Source of the DNA: Eledone cirrhosa
Taxonomy: Eukaryota
Assembly: GCA_964016885.1 (NCBI GenBank)
Contig: OZ024742.1
Location: 71,734,001 to 71,798,000, forward strand
Direction: 5' to 3'
DNA: 64,000 bases
Shown here: in pieces, positions 48,586-62,514 of the stretch
Layout of the letters: every line of letters starts with the position of its first letter
How positions within the stretch are numbered: position 1 is the stretch's first letter
The notes under the pieces: model-generated
Databases searched by the model: none
Told to the model about the DNA's origin: nothing
The model's input: only the letters and a program-made list of their open reading frames with translations
Position numbers and translations under genes: made by a program

Positions 48586-51299
48586 TCCGTCATCAGCATT
48601 TCATGTCTGTTTTTCATGCTGACATAGTTTGGATAGGTTGTCACGATCTGAGACTAGACAGGTTGGAGCCACGTTATCATCATCATCATCATCATTTAAT
48701 GTCCATTTTCCACACTAGCATGGGTAAGACAGGTTGACCTGTTGTGAGACAAGTCAGATCAGATGACCATGTCTTACTCACATAGAATTGTTTCTGGCTT
48801 GGTTTCTACACCTGGATGCCCTTCCTATCGCTAACCATATTTACACTGTAGGCTCGGTGCCTTTTATTGTGACACCAAAACGACCACTTTACAGTGTGGG
48901 TTGGGTGCTTTTTGCTGTAGCCCCAACACAACCACTTTACAGTATAAACTGAGCGCCTTTTGTTGTGTTCCAAAAATAAAACAAACAACCAAGTGAGGTA
49001 AATGTTGGCGTCAACAGAATTTGGCTGTAAAATACTATGTTGAAATAAAAAGATCTCAGCTTACTCATGGTGTGGGGGAAGGTAGAGACATCTTGAAATG
49101 ATGATTATGAAAAAGCATATATCTTGTTTTAACCAAAACAATTTTTCTTGCATATTGAAACATTAGTGTCATGAAAATTGTTGATCAAATTACAACGGAA
49201 ATGTATATATAACACCACCTTCACCAATTTAACTAATCCAATGTCACCAGCTTCTGTCTACATGCAATGACCTCATGTAAACAAATAGGAGTAATGTATG
49301 ACATCCTTTTGACAATTTCATGTCCAAACAGTAACTACTGTGACAATGTTTAGACTTGTTAGAGGACAGATGAATGTATACAGAAATCAGATGACAAGAT
49401 TTCCTCAACAAACTATGAATTTATTTGATTATTATAGTGATTGTTAGTAAAGTGACAAAACAACAAAATGTTAAAATCATGATTTTTTCTGACAAGTCAC
49501 AAGGTCAACTTTTGCTGAGGGAATGGAGTTGGATAGTTAGTTGAATCAACTCAGTATATGACTGGTACTTATTTAATACTTTTCAAACCAAAACCAAAAT
49601 GTCTGAAACTGATCCTTGTTCTATGATACAAAATTGTTTGTTTTAAAGTGTATATTTTTATTTGAAAACTATTGGCAGCTTCTCTCTTTAGAAATATGGT
49701 AAATGACAACCAGATCAGACAGCTCACTTTTCCTATTAGATACAAAGTTAGTAAAAGGAGGGTCAGAAGTATAATTCTACAGATGTAAATGGTACGCAAT
49801 AGTACAATTATTATACAGTAACATCTCACTACTAATAATAACATAAATTAGCTCTCACATCTTTTTGTACACTATTGTATTAAAAAAAAAAATTTACTTT
49901 GAAAAAAAAAAAGATTAAAATATTCATGTTTTCCATTCTGGAATGAGTTAGATGAGTTGTCACAGGCTAAGACTAGATATGTCAGAGGACTACATGTTGC
50001 TTGTGTTCCATTTTGGTATGGTGTCTATGATTAGATGCCCATCCTAATCCCAACTGCTTTACAGAGTATACAGGATGCATTTTATCATGGCACCAGTGCT
50101 ACCATTTTACTGGGTGTACTGGATGCATTTTATCATGGACCAGTGCTAACCTTTTACAGAGTGTACTGGATGCATTTTATCGTGGCACCAGCATTATCAC
50201 TTTACAAAATGTACTGGATGCATTTTTTGTGGCACTATCACTACCACTTTACAGAGTGTACTGGGTGCATTTTATCATGGCACCCACACTATCATATTAC
50301 AGAGTGTACTATCTCTCATATTGAGCAACTTTTTTAAAAAAGTATAATCTATGTTGGAATAATGAAAGCAAACTGAAATGTAATGATGTGAAAGACTTGT
50401 GGCAGGAAGACACTGCATCTGTATCAAATGAAGAGTTGAGGAAATTTGACCTGAAGCTGTAAGTTTAATTTCTGAAATACAATATGCTTCAGAGATTGTA
50501 TTCACTGGTTTTATCTCGCTTCCTTTATGCAAAACATTTGTATTTATTGTATTTATGACCTATGTCTTACAGATTATATATATATGTGTGTGTATGTATA
50601 TATATATACACACTTATACATACATTTGTCTGTTTGTGCCCTACATGACAATTGAAATAAGCAGTATATATATATATCATCATTTGGTAGTTACATAGGC
50701 GGCTACAATTTCCCTTCAGCTGGTATGAACCTCAGCCAGGCTGGCGATATGCTCTGGTATCACCAGCTAGTCTTGGTCGCCAAGTAGCTCCTGGCTGTGC
50801 TCTAGATATTATCTCTTCTACCTAAATTATAAATGTGATACTACTAATAACATATGGCTGAGTATGAATTCTTTTATTGGTTTTAGTCAGACCATGACCA
50901 TGCTGGAGCAATCAATGCCTTCGAGGGATTTAGGTGATCATATAAAAAACAGTACCTATTTTTTTTAGTCTGATACTTATTTTATCAACCTCTTTTTGTT
51001 GAACTGTTAAGTTACAGGACATAAAGTGCTAATATAAACCCAGATAAAGGTACACATGTACATATATATATATATACATATATGCTCTACACCAGTTCTC
51101 TCCCAGTGCTGGTGCCATGACAAAAAGCACCCAGTCGACCCTGTAAGGTGGTCATGCTGGTGCCACCTGTCTAACCTCACAATATAACAGCAGATTTAAT
51201 CCATGCAAGCATGGACATTAAACTATGATGATAACAATGATATATTTTGCTCATATTTAACTAAAGGGATTTACGGTAAGATTATGTATTTAGTCCATT

Positions 51300-52690
51300 T
51301 ATGATGGCCAAATGCCTGATGTTCTTTGTGGAGACTGATATAGGTTTGGGACATGGAATGTAAGGAACAAAGACAAGCAGATCAAGGGAAGAGGTAGAGG
51401 CACTGAATAGAGGAAGAATGGACATATGTGCAGGAGACAAGATGGAAGGGAAGTAGTGCAAGAATGGTAAGGGTAAGGCAAGTACAAAAGTACAAGTTTG
51501 TGTGGCAAGGGTGTCTGGAAGGCGAACATGATGTTGGTGTCTTGATTTCTAGAGAGTTTGTAGACTGTGATGAATGTGACTAGAGTGAGTGATGGTGAAA
51601 CTGGTGATTGGCAAGTTGTTGGTAAACATTACCTCAAGATATACCCCACAGAGTATTAAAGAGAAAGACAAGTTTTGGTGTGCAATAGAAAAGATGATTG
51701 AAATCATAAAAAACAAAGAAGTTATCATGATAGGAAAGGATTTGAATAGACACGTGGGAAGGAGAATGGATGGTTCTGAGGGGTCCATGTAGGTTATGAG
51801 TATGGTGTAAGGAATGAAAACGGTGAAAAGATTTAAGAGTTTGCTGATGGAATTGAGATGTCAATCTGTAACAATTAATTCCAGAAAGAAGACAATAAAC
51901 TTATTATGTACACACTGGATGGGTCGTTGTTAACAGTTGACTAACTGATGATATGTGGGTAAGATAGGAAGAACCTTCATGTTACAAAGGTAATCTGATA
52001 CAAGGAGGTTGTTACACAGCACCATCTAGTTGTCTGGGGACTGAAAGTGAGAGGGTGGAGAGCTCAACAGATGAAATATCAACCAAGGCTGAAGGTGTTG
52101 AGGTTAAAAGAAGAAACATTGAACGTGAATATTGGAAAATAAAATTGATGGTAAGTGGTAAAACATGTGGTGAAAGAACAGGAATATGGCTGTGTGCAGT
52201 GTGCCAGAAGAGTGTTGGAGTGAACTCCATTAAATGTATGATATGCACTGGGTGGGTATGTCACAAATGTAATGGTGTGAAGGGATTATTAAATAATGTG
52301 GAAACTATATTTAAGTGTATATGGAGGGAACTACATATAGAGAGGATGTTAAGCTGGATGTTGGGATTGGTGTGAAGATGGAAGGTGTGAAAACAATAGT
52401 ATCTAGAGAGAGAGACGTGCATGGAAGAAGTTCCAGGAGCTATGTGGAGAGAAGTGTTAATGGAAAGGAAAGGTGTATATTGTATGTATGAAAAGTGTCA
52501 AGATGTATGAGAGCAAGATAAAGGTGATAAGGATGGAGAAACAAATAAGGCTGGAAAGAATGGAAATGAGAATGGGCTGGTAGAATATCACTGAGAGAGA
52601 GGAAAACAAACAATGAAGTGCAGAGGATGATAAGAAGAGAACCAATAGTGAATGTTGTGAAGAGAAATGGAATTAGATGGTTGGAATTAG
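51300..52690 (+). mobile_element. highly decayed RTE (endonuclease, Cys motif, C-terminus remnants)
   Basis: Y.PQ, DLNRHVG, WLCAVCQKSVGVNSIKCMICTGWVCHKCNG remnants. Confidence 0.7.
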
Positions 52691-52709
52691 ATGTCTGTTA
52701 TATATTATC

Positions 52710-53960
52710 CATCACCCTTAGGCAAGACAACGAGCACTACAAGGTTTGTAGATTTTCCTTGTCAACTCCAGTGTCTCTTTGCTATGGTATCCTGGTACCT
52801 GAGCTTTCTGGTAGAGGAGATCCACAACCAGAGGTCTGAAACTATCTCCTCTTTTATGTAGAAGAAGTGACCAGCAAAACTTGTACAACATTCAATCAGT
52901 CATGCATATTTTTCCATATATATATCATTAAGTGTGGGATGGGTCTGCAAGGAATATTTTGAGCCTTTCTCAGAAGGGTAGTGTAACATCCATCTAAACG
53001 GCTCTGTAGATAGGAGTGCAAGGTCCTAGTCTTAGAACCATAGAGAAGGATTGGCTCTACTGTTATTCTAAACAGACTAATTTTAAGTTTGTTTGGAATA
53101 TTAGATTTCCAATTTTTTTCAGCTTATGAAATGCATTCCAGTCCACGACTCTATGTATTTGGAAGTCCTTTTCTGAGTTCGTTATGAAGGAACTAAGGTA
53201 CTTAAAATCTTTTATTTGCTTTAAGGCTTTCCTGTTTACTGTAACTATGCTAATATCAGATTCTGTTGAGATAAACTCAGTTTTTGAGTCATTGCAGTAT
53301 AACATGAGCAGCAGCTGAGTCCAGCAAATGAAGGAGAGAGTGGGCATTTGCTACTGAGTTTGAGAGAAGAGCCGAATCATCAGCAAAGTCTAGATCAGTG
53401 ACAAATTCAGCAAGATATCTTCTGCTTCTTCTGGGCTTAAGCATTAATCCCTTCATCTCATTACCATCTAATAAAATAAGTAGGATGTAGTCCAGAAAAA
53501 TTATAAAAAGAAAAGGAACTAGAGTATCCCCTTGAAGAACCATAGCCACTATATTGAAAAATTTTGTTTCTCCAACTGGATTTATGACTCATGATTTCAT
53601 ACCGGTGTATAGTGCTCTTATTGTTTTAACTATCTTCTCTGGAATGCCATTAAGCATTCAAACATTACGTCTTAGTTGATTGAGTCGAATGCTTTCATAA
53701 AGTCCACAAAAATTATTCAAAATCTTTATTGCCATGGTTCATTTCATCAATGATTCTCTGCAAGGACAAGATCTCTCTCTCCCACCTCCTTGAACTCTAC
53801 AAGGCTTGGAATTACAGTTCCAAAGAAGAGAAATCTTGCACTATTTAAAAATTATTGAGGCCTCTCACTCACAGCTATTGTCACTAAGATCTACAAGTTG
53901 ATTCTCAACAGGATATTTCCTTTCCTGAATCAAAACAGATTTCGTAGAGGACATTCCGCT
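52710..53960 (-). mobile_element. RTE-group LINE of a different family, with inverted 5' segment (about 53790-53960 on +)
   Basis: VLQGDTLVPFLFIIFLDY, DLDFADD, FKYL on minus; PKK..L..NY.GLSLTAIVTKIY and NQN.FRRG on plus. Confidence 0.8.
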
Positions 53961-56900
53961 GTGTGTCTGTGTGTGCATGCGTCTGTCTATGTCTGTGTGT
54001 GTCAGTGAGTATGTGTATGTGTGTCAGTTAATGTGTGTGTGAGTCCATGTGTCTGTATGTGTGTATCAGGTAGTGTGTCTATGTCAATGTGTGAGTCCAT
54101 GTGCCTGTATGTGTGTGTTTGTGTGTGTCTGTATGTCTGCGTATGTATCTGCAAGTGAATGTATGTGTGTGTGTGTGTGTATGTATGTGCATATCTTCAC
54201 TTTATATTTAATGTTAGCAACAATGTTTGTTCAAGTGCGTAGGCATGTGTGTGTATGTCTTCACGTTACATTTAATATTAGCAATGATGTTTGATGTAGC
54301 CCCACAGGTTAGATAGGTTGAGGAGACAAGTCTTGTTCATACATTCCATATTTTGGCATGGTTTCTATGGTTGGCTGTACCTTTTCCAAAAGCCAATCAT
54401 TTTACAGAGTATTTTGGGAGTGCCTTTCATGCATTATCGTCGTCATTTTAACATCCGCTTTCCCTGTTAACTAGAGTTGGATTGGTCTATACAGACCAAG
54501 TCAGTACTGAAGCGGGGCTACTGATCTCCCAGGCAGGCCAGGAATTTGCATCTCGCTTATGTATGGTCTCACATTCTACCAAATGCACAGAAGAGGTTAT
54601 CGTATCTTTGGCACAACTGATGGCCCTCCAAACACTTTGTTTGGCAAGATTTCTACACCTGGCTGCCTTTCCTGTCACCCATCACTTTACAGCTTGCCAA
54701 ACAAGGGGTTAGAAGGACCCTTCAGTTTGTGTCAAAAGACATGACAACTTCTCTGCACTCAATATGATCATATCTAAGTGGGATACAGACCCCTAGCCCC
54801 ATTTCAATACTGACGTAGTCTATGTAGACCTGTCCAATCCTTGCTAGCAGAGAAAGTGGACGTTAAATGATGATGATGATACATATATAACACATGCACA
54901 AAATATTTTTAATTTATCTGGGTTCTTTCTTAGATATAAGAACATTATTATTACAATAATTAGATGGGTAGGTTTCATTCTTTCTGGGTGTTGTATTGCT
55001 TTGGTAAAATGAATCCCACAAATAAATATTGTTTAGCTCCAGGTGAACTCTGATCAAGAACACCTAGGATCACAAGGCATTCCAACTATGGCCATTGTGT
55101 TACATGGACAATAATGTTTTACATTGTCCATGTTTTTCTCTCATTCCTTTTCAATATAACATTGTGTGATTTGAGGAAAATTTTGTCTGTTATTTGTAGT
55201 AAGTTAAGCAGCCATGTAGGGGCTTCTTTGTCAAATTTCAATAAGTAGAACGTTCTAGAGTGCAACAGTATAGAGACCAGTAATATCGCCCCTTTAGCTT
55301 TACTCCCCTCAATCAAAATGGACTTGTCCTAGGGTAGAAAAATTAGATTTCTGTTCCTTATTGCTCTATTTTGCTTTCTCCACCCCACCAGTATTTCAGC
55401 TTGGGGATTGTTGAAATAAAAACTGGTTTTGCTTCATTCAACTAAACCACTAACAAAATTATATGCCATGTGAACTGATAATATAGTATTTCTATCTACT
55501 TCATATATTCTGCAATGTTCATACATAATCTATTGACAATTAGATATGTTGCTTTTATTTTATGAAAAAATGTTTCAGTTTCAGTTGACAAAGAGAATAT
55601 AGATTTTTATCTTATTGCAGAGAATTCACACAACACACCTAAAAACTATGGTAAACACATCAGTCATATATCTTATATCCTTATAAAAAGGAAGTTTGTT
55701 TGTACATTGAGTGCTAATAACACCAAATAAAATAGATAATTAAAGTCTTCTGTGTGTTTTCAAATAATCTGACCTCCATCAAGCTAACTGTTGACTTATT
55801 TTCCGAAAATAGAAAGGGTTGGGTGGGTGGAGGAGAATTTACTGCTATTTCTAGTGATCCTTCATCATCTTGTACTCTTGTGGAAAGCATTTTAAGCTTA
55901 ATTCCAATCTCAATTTTACACTATATTGTATTTGAATCTAATCTTATCTCATTTCTCTTTGCAGCATATTTGTAGAATTATTTCTTAATTCCCACTAAAT
56001 AATCTGTCATGTCATGACTAGAAGCATAGCAGGGTGAGTGGGTGAGGGGAGATCACTCCCACCCCACAAACCTTCCTCTGGTGAGGGTGCCAAAAGTGTC
56101 CTTGTTTCTCCCAGCCCACAGGCACTGACAGCTCTTGTTACATGACCCTCTTGGACAGGAGATGCTGATCTCCAGTTTGAGAATCACAGTTGTAATGTGT
56201 TTAATGCACCATTTTTCTCCAATATATTATGAGTTTTTGAGGGACCCTCCACATGGTTGCTTAATCTGCAACTCAAAATACTTCAAATCAAACCACATTG
56301 TTTTAGAAAAGAACACATTATATAAAGCATTGCTAGATGCACTGTGGTTTGAAAAATAAATATGGCTATAACTGGAATGCTTTTAACCATAGATCTCTTT
56401 GCATGGAGCTGGCCTGAGGCTAAAGAACAGTATATCATAAAAGCCTATTAATACTTAATTATTCATTCAACATTAAATTAATATGCAATTAGCAGAGTAT
56501 TCCACAGACATGTATACCAGTAACATTATTTTCAGAGAGCTTCAGTTTAACTGTGACATGGCTGAATGATTATATTACAGATACAATACATCCAATGGGC
56601 TTCCACACAATTTTGATCTTCCAAATTTCATTCACAGGCTTGAGTTGATCTGAGGCTATGAATAAAAACATTTGCCCAAAATACAATGCAGTCCGATTGA
56701 ACTGAAAAGATTATGATTGTGAAGTGACCATTAAGCAATGTCCGTATCCAACAAGTCACAGAACAAACCAATATCACACAAACTGTTACTTATGATGTTC
56801 CTGATTTTCCAAGATATAATTGTTTCTACTTTTGGCACAAGGCCAGCAATTACCCAGTACATTACTGGTACTTTATTTTATCGACCCTGTAAGGATGAAA

Positions 56901-57419
56901 GGCAAAGTTAACCTTGACGGGATTTGAACTCAGACCATAATGGGCCGGGATTTTCCAATAAATAATAATGACACAAATGGAGTGATGGGAAGTATGGATT
57001 AAATAAAATTTGGGAGGTGAAACAAATTTGCTGACACGAACAGCTGAGAAAATTCCAGCATTGTGTAGTTTGACAGATTAGATTTTTTTTAAAAATAAAA
57101 ATGAATAAAATATAACCATCTGAATACAATAGAAACTTATTGTACACCTTTGACATTAAGACAGGTTTCCTACTGTATAGGCCACCTCTGAGCAGATAAG
57201 CATTCTAGCCATCAACACCCTATATTTTTAGGACTATTTCACATTACATGGTACTTTTCCTTTAACCCTTTAAATATTAACCCACCCTAAACCACCTCTA
57301 GTAAAGTGTTCAAATTTAAATTCAAACTTTGGATTGAAATCTTATTATAATATTAAATTAAGTACATTTCAACCCCCCTCCTTCAACATTGTCTCTTCAT
57401 CCATCAATGGGCCCTTTAC

Positions 57420-58233
57420 ATCCTGTGTCGTTGGCATGCCGTAATGATAAACACCTAGTCTTGGGCATTTAAACCTGGCAGAGCCCAAATACTTGATAGG
57501 TTTGATGCAGAGTGCTGCGTGGCTGGAGTGAAAATCAGTACTGCGAAAACTGAGACACTCGTCCTCTCAAGGAAGTCTGCAGAGTGTACGCTACATGTGA
57601 ATGGAGTACCACTGAAGCAGGTAGAGAAGTTCAAGTATCTTGGGGCCGTGTTCACGAGTGATAGAAGGTAAGAGGCTGAATTAAGTGCAAGAATTGCAAA
57701 AGCTGGTGCAGTAATGTGCCAGCTTCAGCATTCAGTAATCAGAAGGGAGGTAGGTGCAACAGCAAAACTTGCTGTCTTCAATTCGGTTTTCGTGCCAACC
57801 CTTACCCATGGTCATGAATCTTTGGTAATGAGCGAAAGAATACGATCGCGAATACAAGCGGCCGAAGTGGGATTCCTCCGAAGGGTCTTTGGAGTAACGT
57901 TACTCGATAAAGTGCGTAGCTCAGAGATCAGAGAGTCACTGCAGATAGAGCCGCTACTTCTCCGAATTGAGAGATCACAGCTCCGATCCTCTCTGGACAT
58001 GTGGTTAGAATGTCTCAGCAAAGAATCGCTAGACCAATTTTAAGGGCAAAACCAACAGGTAGGAGACCCAGAGCAAGATAGTTGGGTAACATCCATGAGC
58101 TTGGTTAGTCATGCTTGAAGATCCAGCCGGATCAGTTGGAGACGGTTGCTTCTAACAGGAACCGCTGGAGGGAGTGTTTGAGAAGAACTCTGCCCCCACG
58201 ACCCTCTCAGGAATAAGTGGGCGAAGAAGAAGA
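57420..58233 (+). mobile_element. RTE-clade LINE 3' part with (GAA)n tail
   Basis: KTETLVLSRK, QVEKFKYLG, VFVPTLT.GHES, AAEVGFLRRV, IERSQLR. Confidence 0.85.
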
Positions 58234-58653
58234 AATATATTTGAGAAGGAAGGAGGGCGAGAACCTATAAAATTATAAATTAACAATATGAAATTGGAAG
58301 ATGAACAAATATCCGAGTTTATGTTAGGATTAATGCAAACACGAATCGAAAGAAGTCAGTAAATGAAGGCATTAATTAACGAAAGGAAATATATACAATA
58401 ATAAAAGAATTACTAAAAAGATAGATTTTTAAAAATATCAAAATTCGTAATCTACATCATAGAAAATGTATTTCTGCAAAATTTCATTTACAATATGTAT
58501 TATTTAGAAAGTTATAAGGAAACAAATTTGGGAAAGAGGGCAGTTAACTAGTTATGCCCAAGAAGGTAGAGTGTGATTTGTTGGTATATTGGCTGCTATT
58601 TCTAACAGGTGGAGCGATTACGTAGAAGCTACTTCATTGATTAATCATAAACA

Positions 58654-58689
<36 letters not shown>

Positions 58690-58908
58690 ACCACCGGCTT
58701 CTCACTCTCTTTAGCTACATGTGTTGATTTGCTGAAAAATGTAAACGTAGATAGAAGAATATTTATTTCTAAGCTGCCAGTTTAAATGAGCCGAACTTTT
58801 GTATACCAACAGTAGTCTGATGTGAATAATGTCTTACTGGTTACTGGTTGGGAGGGGAGATTTTTATTACATTTCTTTCTTCTTATACGTCCCTAAACTA
58901 ATCTCGAT

Positions 58909-58959
<51 letters not shown>

Positions 58960-59492
58960 GAGAGAGGGATAGACAAAATGTGTTGCGGTTGTTTTGGGAG
59001 CCAACTTTACGTTTCCTCACTCCTAATCGATAACATATACTAATCAAGTATTGGACCGATTCAATCGACATTAGCCGTTCCCTATAAAATTATTAATCAA
59101 TACTTAAACTGTGTATGTCATTCTATGGAAATATTAGGGCCTCTTCTTGAGATATGAAGGTTATCTCTCATATTTTGTATTATTTAAATCAAATATTTTT
59201 TATCTTCTTTCTACACGAAATAATTCTCGATAAATTTATAAATTTACCAAATTCTCTTTGGACAGCAGAACCTAGATGCCTTCTATAAAATGTTTAGACT
59301 AATTAATTAATTGCTTTTCGTGTAGTTTTACAGAAAAAAAAATTATTATCGTTTGTTGGGTCCAAATGCACTTGGCACTTTTTGTTCTGAATTCAAATTC
59401 CGCCGGGTTTCGATAAATTTAAAATAAAGCAGTTCGGTTATTTTAAGTCGTCTGTACAACCCTCTCCGAAGGAATACTAAATCTTAACTCAC

Positions 59493-59637
59493 CTGTGTGG
59501 TATTTAAGTTTCCCGTGATCATCGGCGACTCTTTCATCACAATTGCCGTCTGTTTGTCGACATGTATCAGGTTGTGATGCTAAAACAGTAGTTAATAAGA
59601 GACAGAACCAAAAAGATAAAGATAAATTAGTTGCCAT
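59493..59637 (-). CDS. POGLUT1: POGLUT1/rumi coding exon 1 (signal peptide; MATNLSLSFWFCLLLTTVLASQPDTC...KYHT)
   Basis: ATG at 59637, hydrophobic signal-peptide-like N-terminus, donor AG|GTGAGT; 145 nt, phase 1 matches exon 2. Linkage across a 26-kb intron is inferred from phase and from the need for a signal peptide. Confidence 0.8.
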
Positions 59638-59789
59638 GAATGGCTCCTACAATTCTACTTCACAACAATAAAGAGTCTTGATTAAGGGCCGTTCACTCGC
59701 ACCGACTGTTGGAACACGTGGAAATAATGTTATGTGATTTAAAACCAAAAACTTTCTAGTGAAGTGACTCCACCACCACCACCAAACTT

Positions 59790-59797
59790 TTTATATA
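59790..59797 (-). promoter_or_regulatory. candidate TATA box (TATATAAA) upstream of POGLUT1 ATG
   Basis: CTATATAAAAAG on the minus strand about 155 nt upstream of the ATG, in a locally CpG-richer non-repetitive stretch. Confidence 0.3.
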
Positions 59798-59943
59798 GCG
59801 AGCTGGTCGTGCCTGCTTGTCAACGTAGAAACGCACATTAACAGCTATATATACACACATGTATTTATAATATTTTTTGTTGTAATTCTTAGTTTTTTTT
59901 TTTTATTCCGAATTCGTCTTAAAATATTTCATTGAGGTAAATT

Positions 59944-60482
59944 TATAGACCCCCCACCCCCACACACACTCGGTTTCAATGGGAAATTATTTTTTCTCGG
60001 CTTTTCGTGTGCTATCAACTAATCTAACCTCCAAGATGTTCGCAATCAACTTTTTTTTCTATGGAAACGGAGGGCCTCCTTGAAGTTTTCTCTACGATTT
60101 TTTTTTTTTCGCGTGTTATTAACGAATATGACCTTCAAACCAATCAGAAACGATTGGCTTTGTAGAAAAAGTAGGGACAAAAAAAGCGGAAAGACCATCG
60201 GAGTTTCGCAGATTTACACCCACCTCGCGTTGGTGGAGAATAATTATTTTCCTTCGGTTTTTACATGTGCTATAAACTAATCTGACCTCCAAAATGCTCG
60301 CAATCGACTTTTTTCCTCGTTAAACGGAAACACTAAACCTAACCCTAATCCGGGAAAAAAGTCGATTGCGAGCATCTTGAAGTTTAGATTCGTTAATAAC
60401 AGACGAAAAAAAAAAAAAAAGGCAAAAAAATTCCCACTGAAATTGAGTGGTGGTGGTGGTGGTGGTGGGGGGGGGGCTTATA
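59944..60482. mobile_element. foldback/MITE-like element with ~115-bp imperfect TIRs and an internal direct copy of the subterminal segment
   Basis: 59944-60060 is inverted relative to about 60352-60482; 60241-60320 repeats 59985-60065. Confidence 0.65.
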
Positions 60483-62514
60483 ATACCTTAATTGGTTGTA
60501 GAATATTGTAATCTAACCCACGTATTCTCATAAAATTTTAGATGTTTATCTCTTTGATGTCCAAACTAATGAATATATATTATGTATTTTTCTTCTGAAG
60601 AGCCCCTTACATCACTACCCCAGTGATATAACCTGGATGGAGTGGGGCAACGTTCTCTGATGTGCGGGAACCCATGTGGAGGCCACTTTGTGGTCCCAGT
60701 GAACAGAATGGAGAAGACGTTGCTCCAGAGGAAGGCAAGGGAGACATATTGGAATAGCCAACTTTGCCCCAACACTAGTAAGTAGGGAGGTGGTCTGGAG
60801 ATAAAAACACCAGAAGTCACCACTGCTACAGGTTTGACCACAAACCTATCAGAGAGTGACTAACACTTTGACAGTTTGAAGCGAAATCTCTCCACATATA
60901 CTGACACCTAAACAACGCGATATTCAGTTTTTCTTTATCTCAAATTGAAGCCAATCAGTCTGAAGAAATTGGCCAACTTGAGATTATTTGAGATAACACT
61001 TTCTTCATCACATTCTCCTCTCGTTTCTCGAATGAGACAGACTTAACAGAGTTGCTCTGGCAAGTAAACTCCAGCCCTCTCAACAGAGTTGGTACCCCGA
61101 TAAAGGTTAGTTCAATGTATCTTGTCAGACTACAAACCAACCACACAAAAATAACACACAATTCACTGTGTTGTCAAATCAGCTTTGATGTAAGTTATTT
61201 TCTTCATAAAATTTATTATAGTAGCGATGTTTATAATTGTTCATTGGATATTGTAAATGGCAGTTTTATTATCAACCTTTAACTTTCAACTACTGTCTAC
61301 TACAACGAATACAGCCACACATCTCAACTCACTAAGACACTCAATTCATTTATCATAAACATTCCCACAGCGCTTATATGGGAGAGAGCAATTCACAGAA
61401 TCACCCATCAAGCCAACAACATTACCACTACATCTGCCATGCCAAAGTGGAAAATAATACTAAACCTATTGTTACATCTACAATATTCTGTCGCTACAAC
61501 CAAAATGTTTACTATCGCTGAAAGTTTACCCTCTTAGGCCTAAAGAACAACAAAGCCTGGGTTAGTTGCTAAATGCACCAACTGGCTACTGAAAAAGTAT
61601 CACTGCATGTAGCAAACTTCATTTATATTTCGTTATTTAAATTTTCTTACATCATAGCTGCAATGTTTCAGCCTTTTCAGAGAAATATATATAAATTCTT
61701 TTATTCTTTTCTTAGTTTTAATCATTATATTTCGACCATGCTGAGGCACCACCTTGAAGGGATACATGTCATATCTTGTTTGGTGTTCAAGTTTCATGGA
61801 ATCAAGATATTAATACGGCTACTTCATGATCAAGTGATGTGCATAAAGTGGCAGTAGAAATCTTGCTAAACCGAACGCTGTAGGACCGCTCAGTCATGTC
61901 AAGGACATGAAAGCCTCCTTAGTATTGGTGATTGATCTACGCGATAAACACACCCCGTACATGCTGTAAGTTTGAATCTTATATTCAGTGCTGGTTACAG
62001 TTGGATGCCTTTTGTATCACTAACCACTTTACAGTAAGAACTGGATGCATTTCATCATGCCACCAGCACTAGAGAGGTTGTCTCAACAGACTGAAAAGTC
62101 CTCTCTACCTTGTGTCAGTTTTAATTTAGACAGAAGCTCACATCTACTCCATGCAGTCTTATCAATTTGGATTGACTGCTCTCTTAGACAAGCTACCTTA
62201 TCTGTAGCTTATGGGGACCCCATCTAGCCCATGTCTACTCTGTGCATTCGTATGAGTTTAAGAAAGAATCAAATAGAAAGTGGGTAGATGGCCAGATAGG
62301 GAGTGGGTAGGTATTCAAATAGGATGGTAGCAAATAGGAAGGTAGTAGAAAGGGGGCAGGTGTACTGGATATGGCAGCAATTGAGCAGGTTGCACACACA
62401 TATACAATAAATGCAATATAATTAAGAATATGAATGGAAAAAAAAGAACATGAATAAATTATTTTTTAAAGAATGCAAAACAACAGTGGAAAAGTTCCAA
62501 ATTCATATATATGT

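Noticed and set aside
60333-60350. Telomeric repeat
   Set aside because: Only two or three imperfect units inside a TIR element.
60880-60945. Penelope GIY-YIG C-terminal remnant (LSTY..HL.QRDIQFS-like)
   Set aside because: Requires several frameshifts over about 20 codons; too weak to claim without a search.
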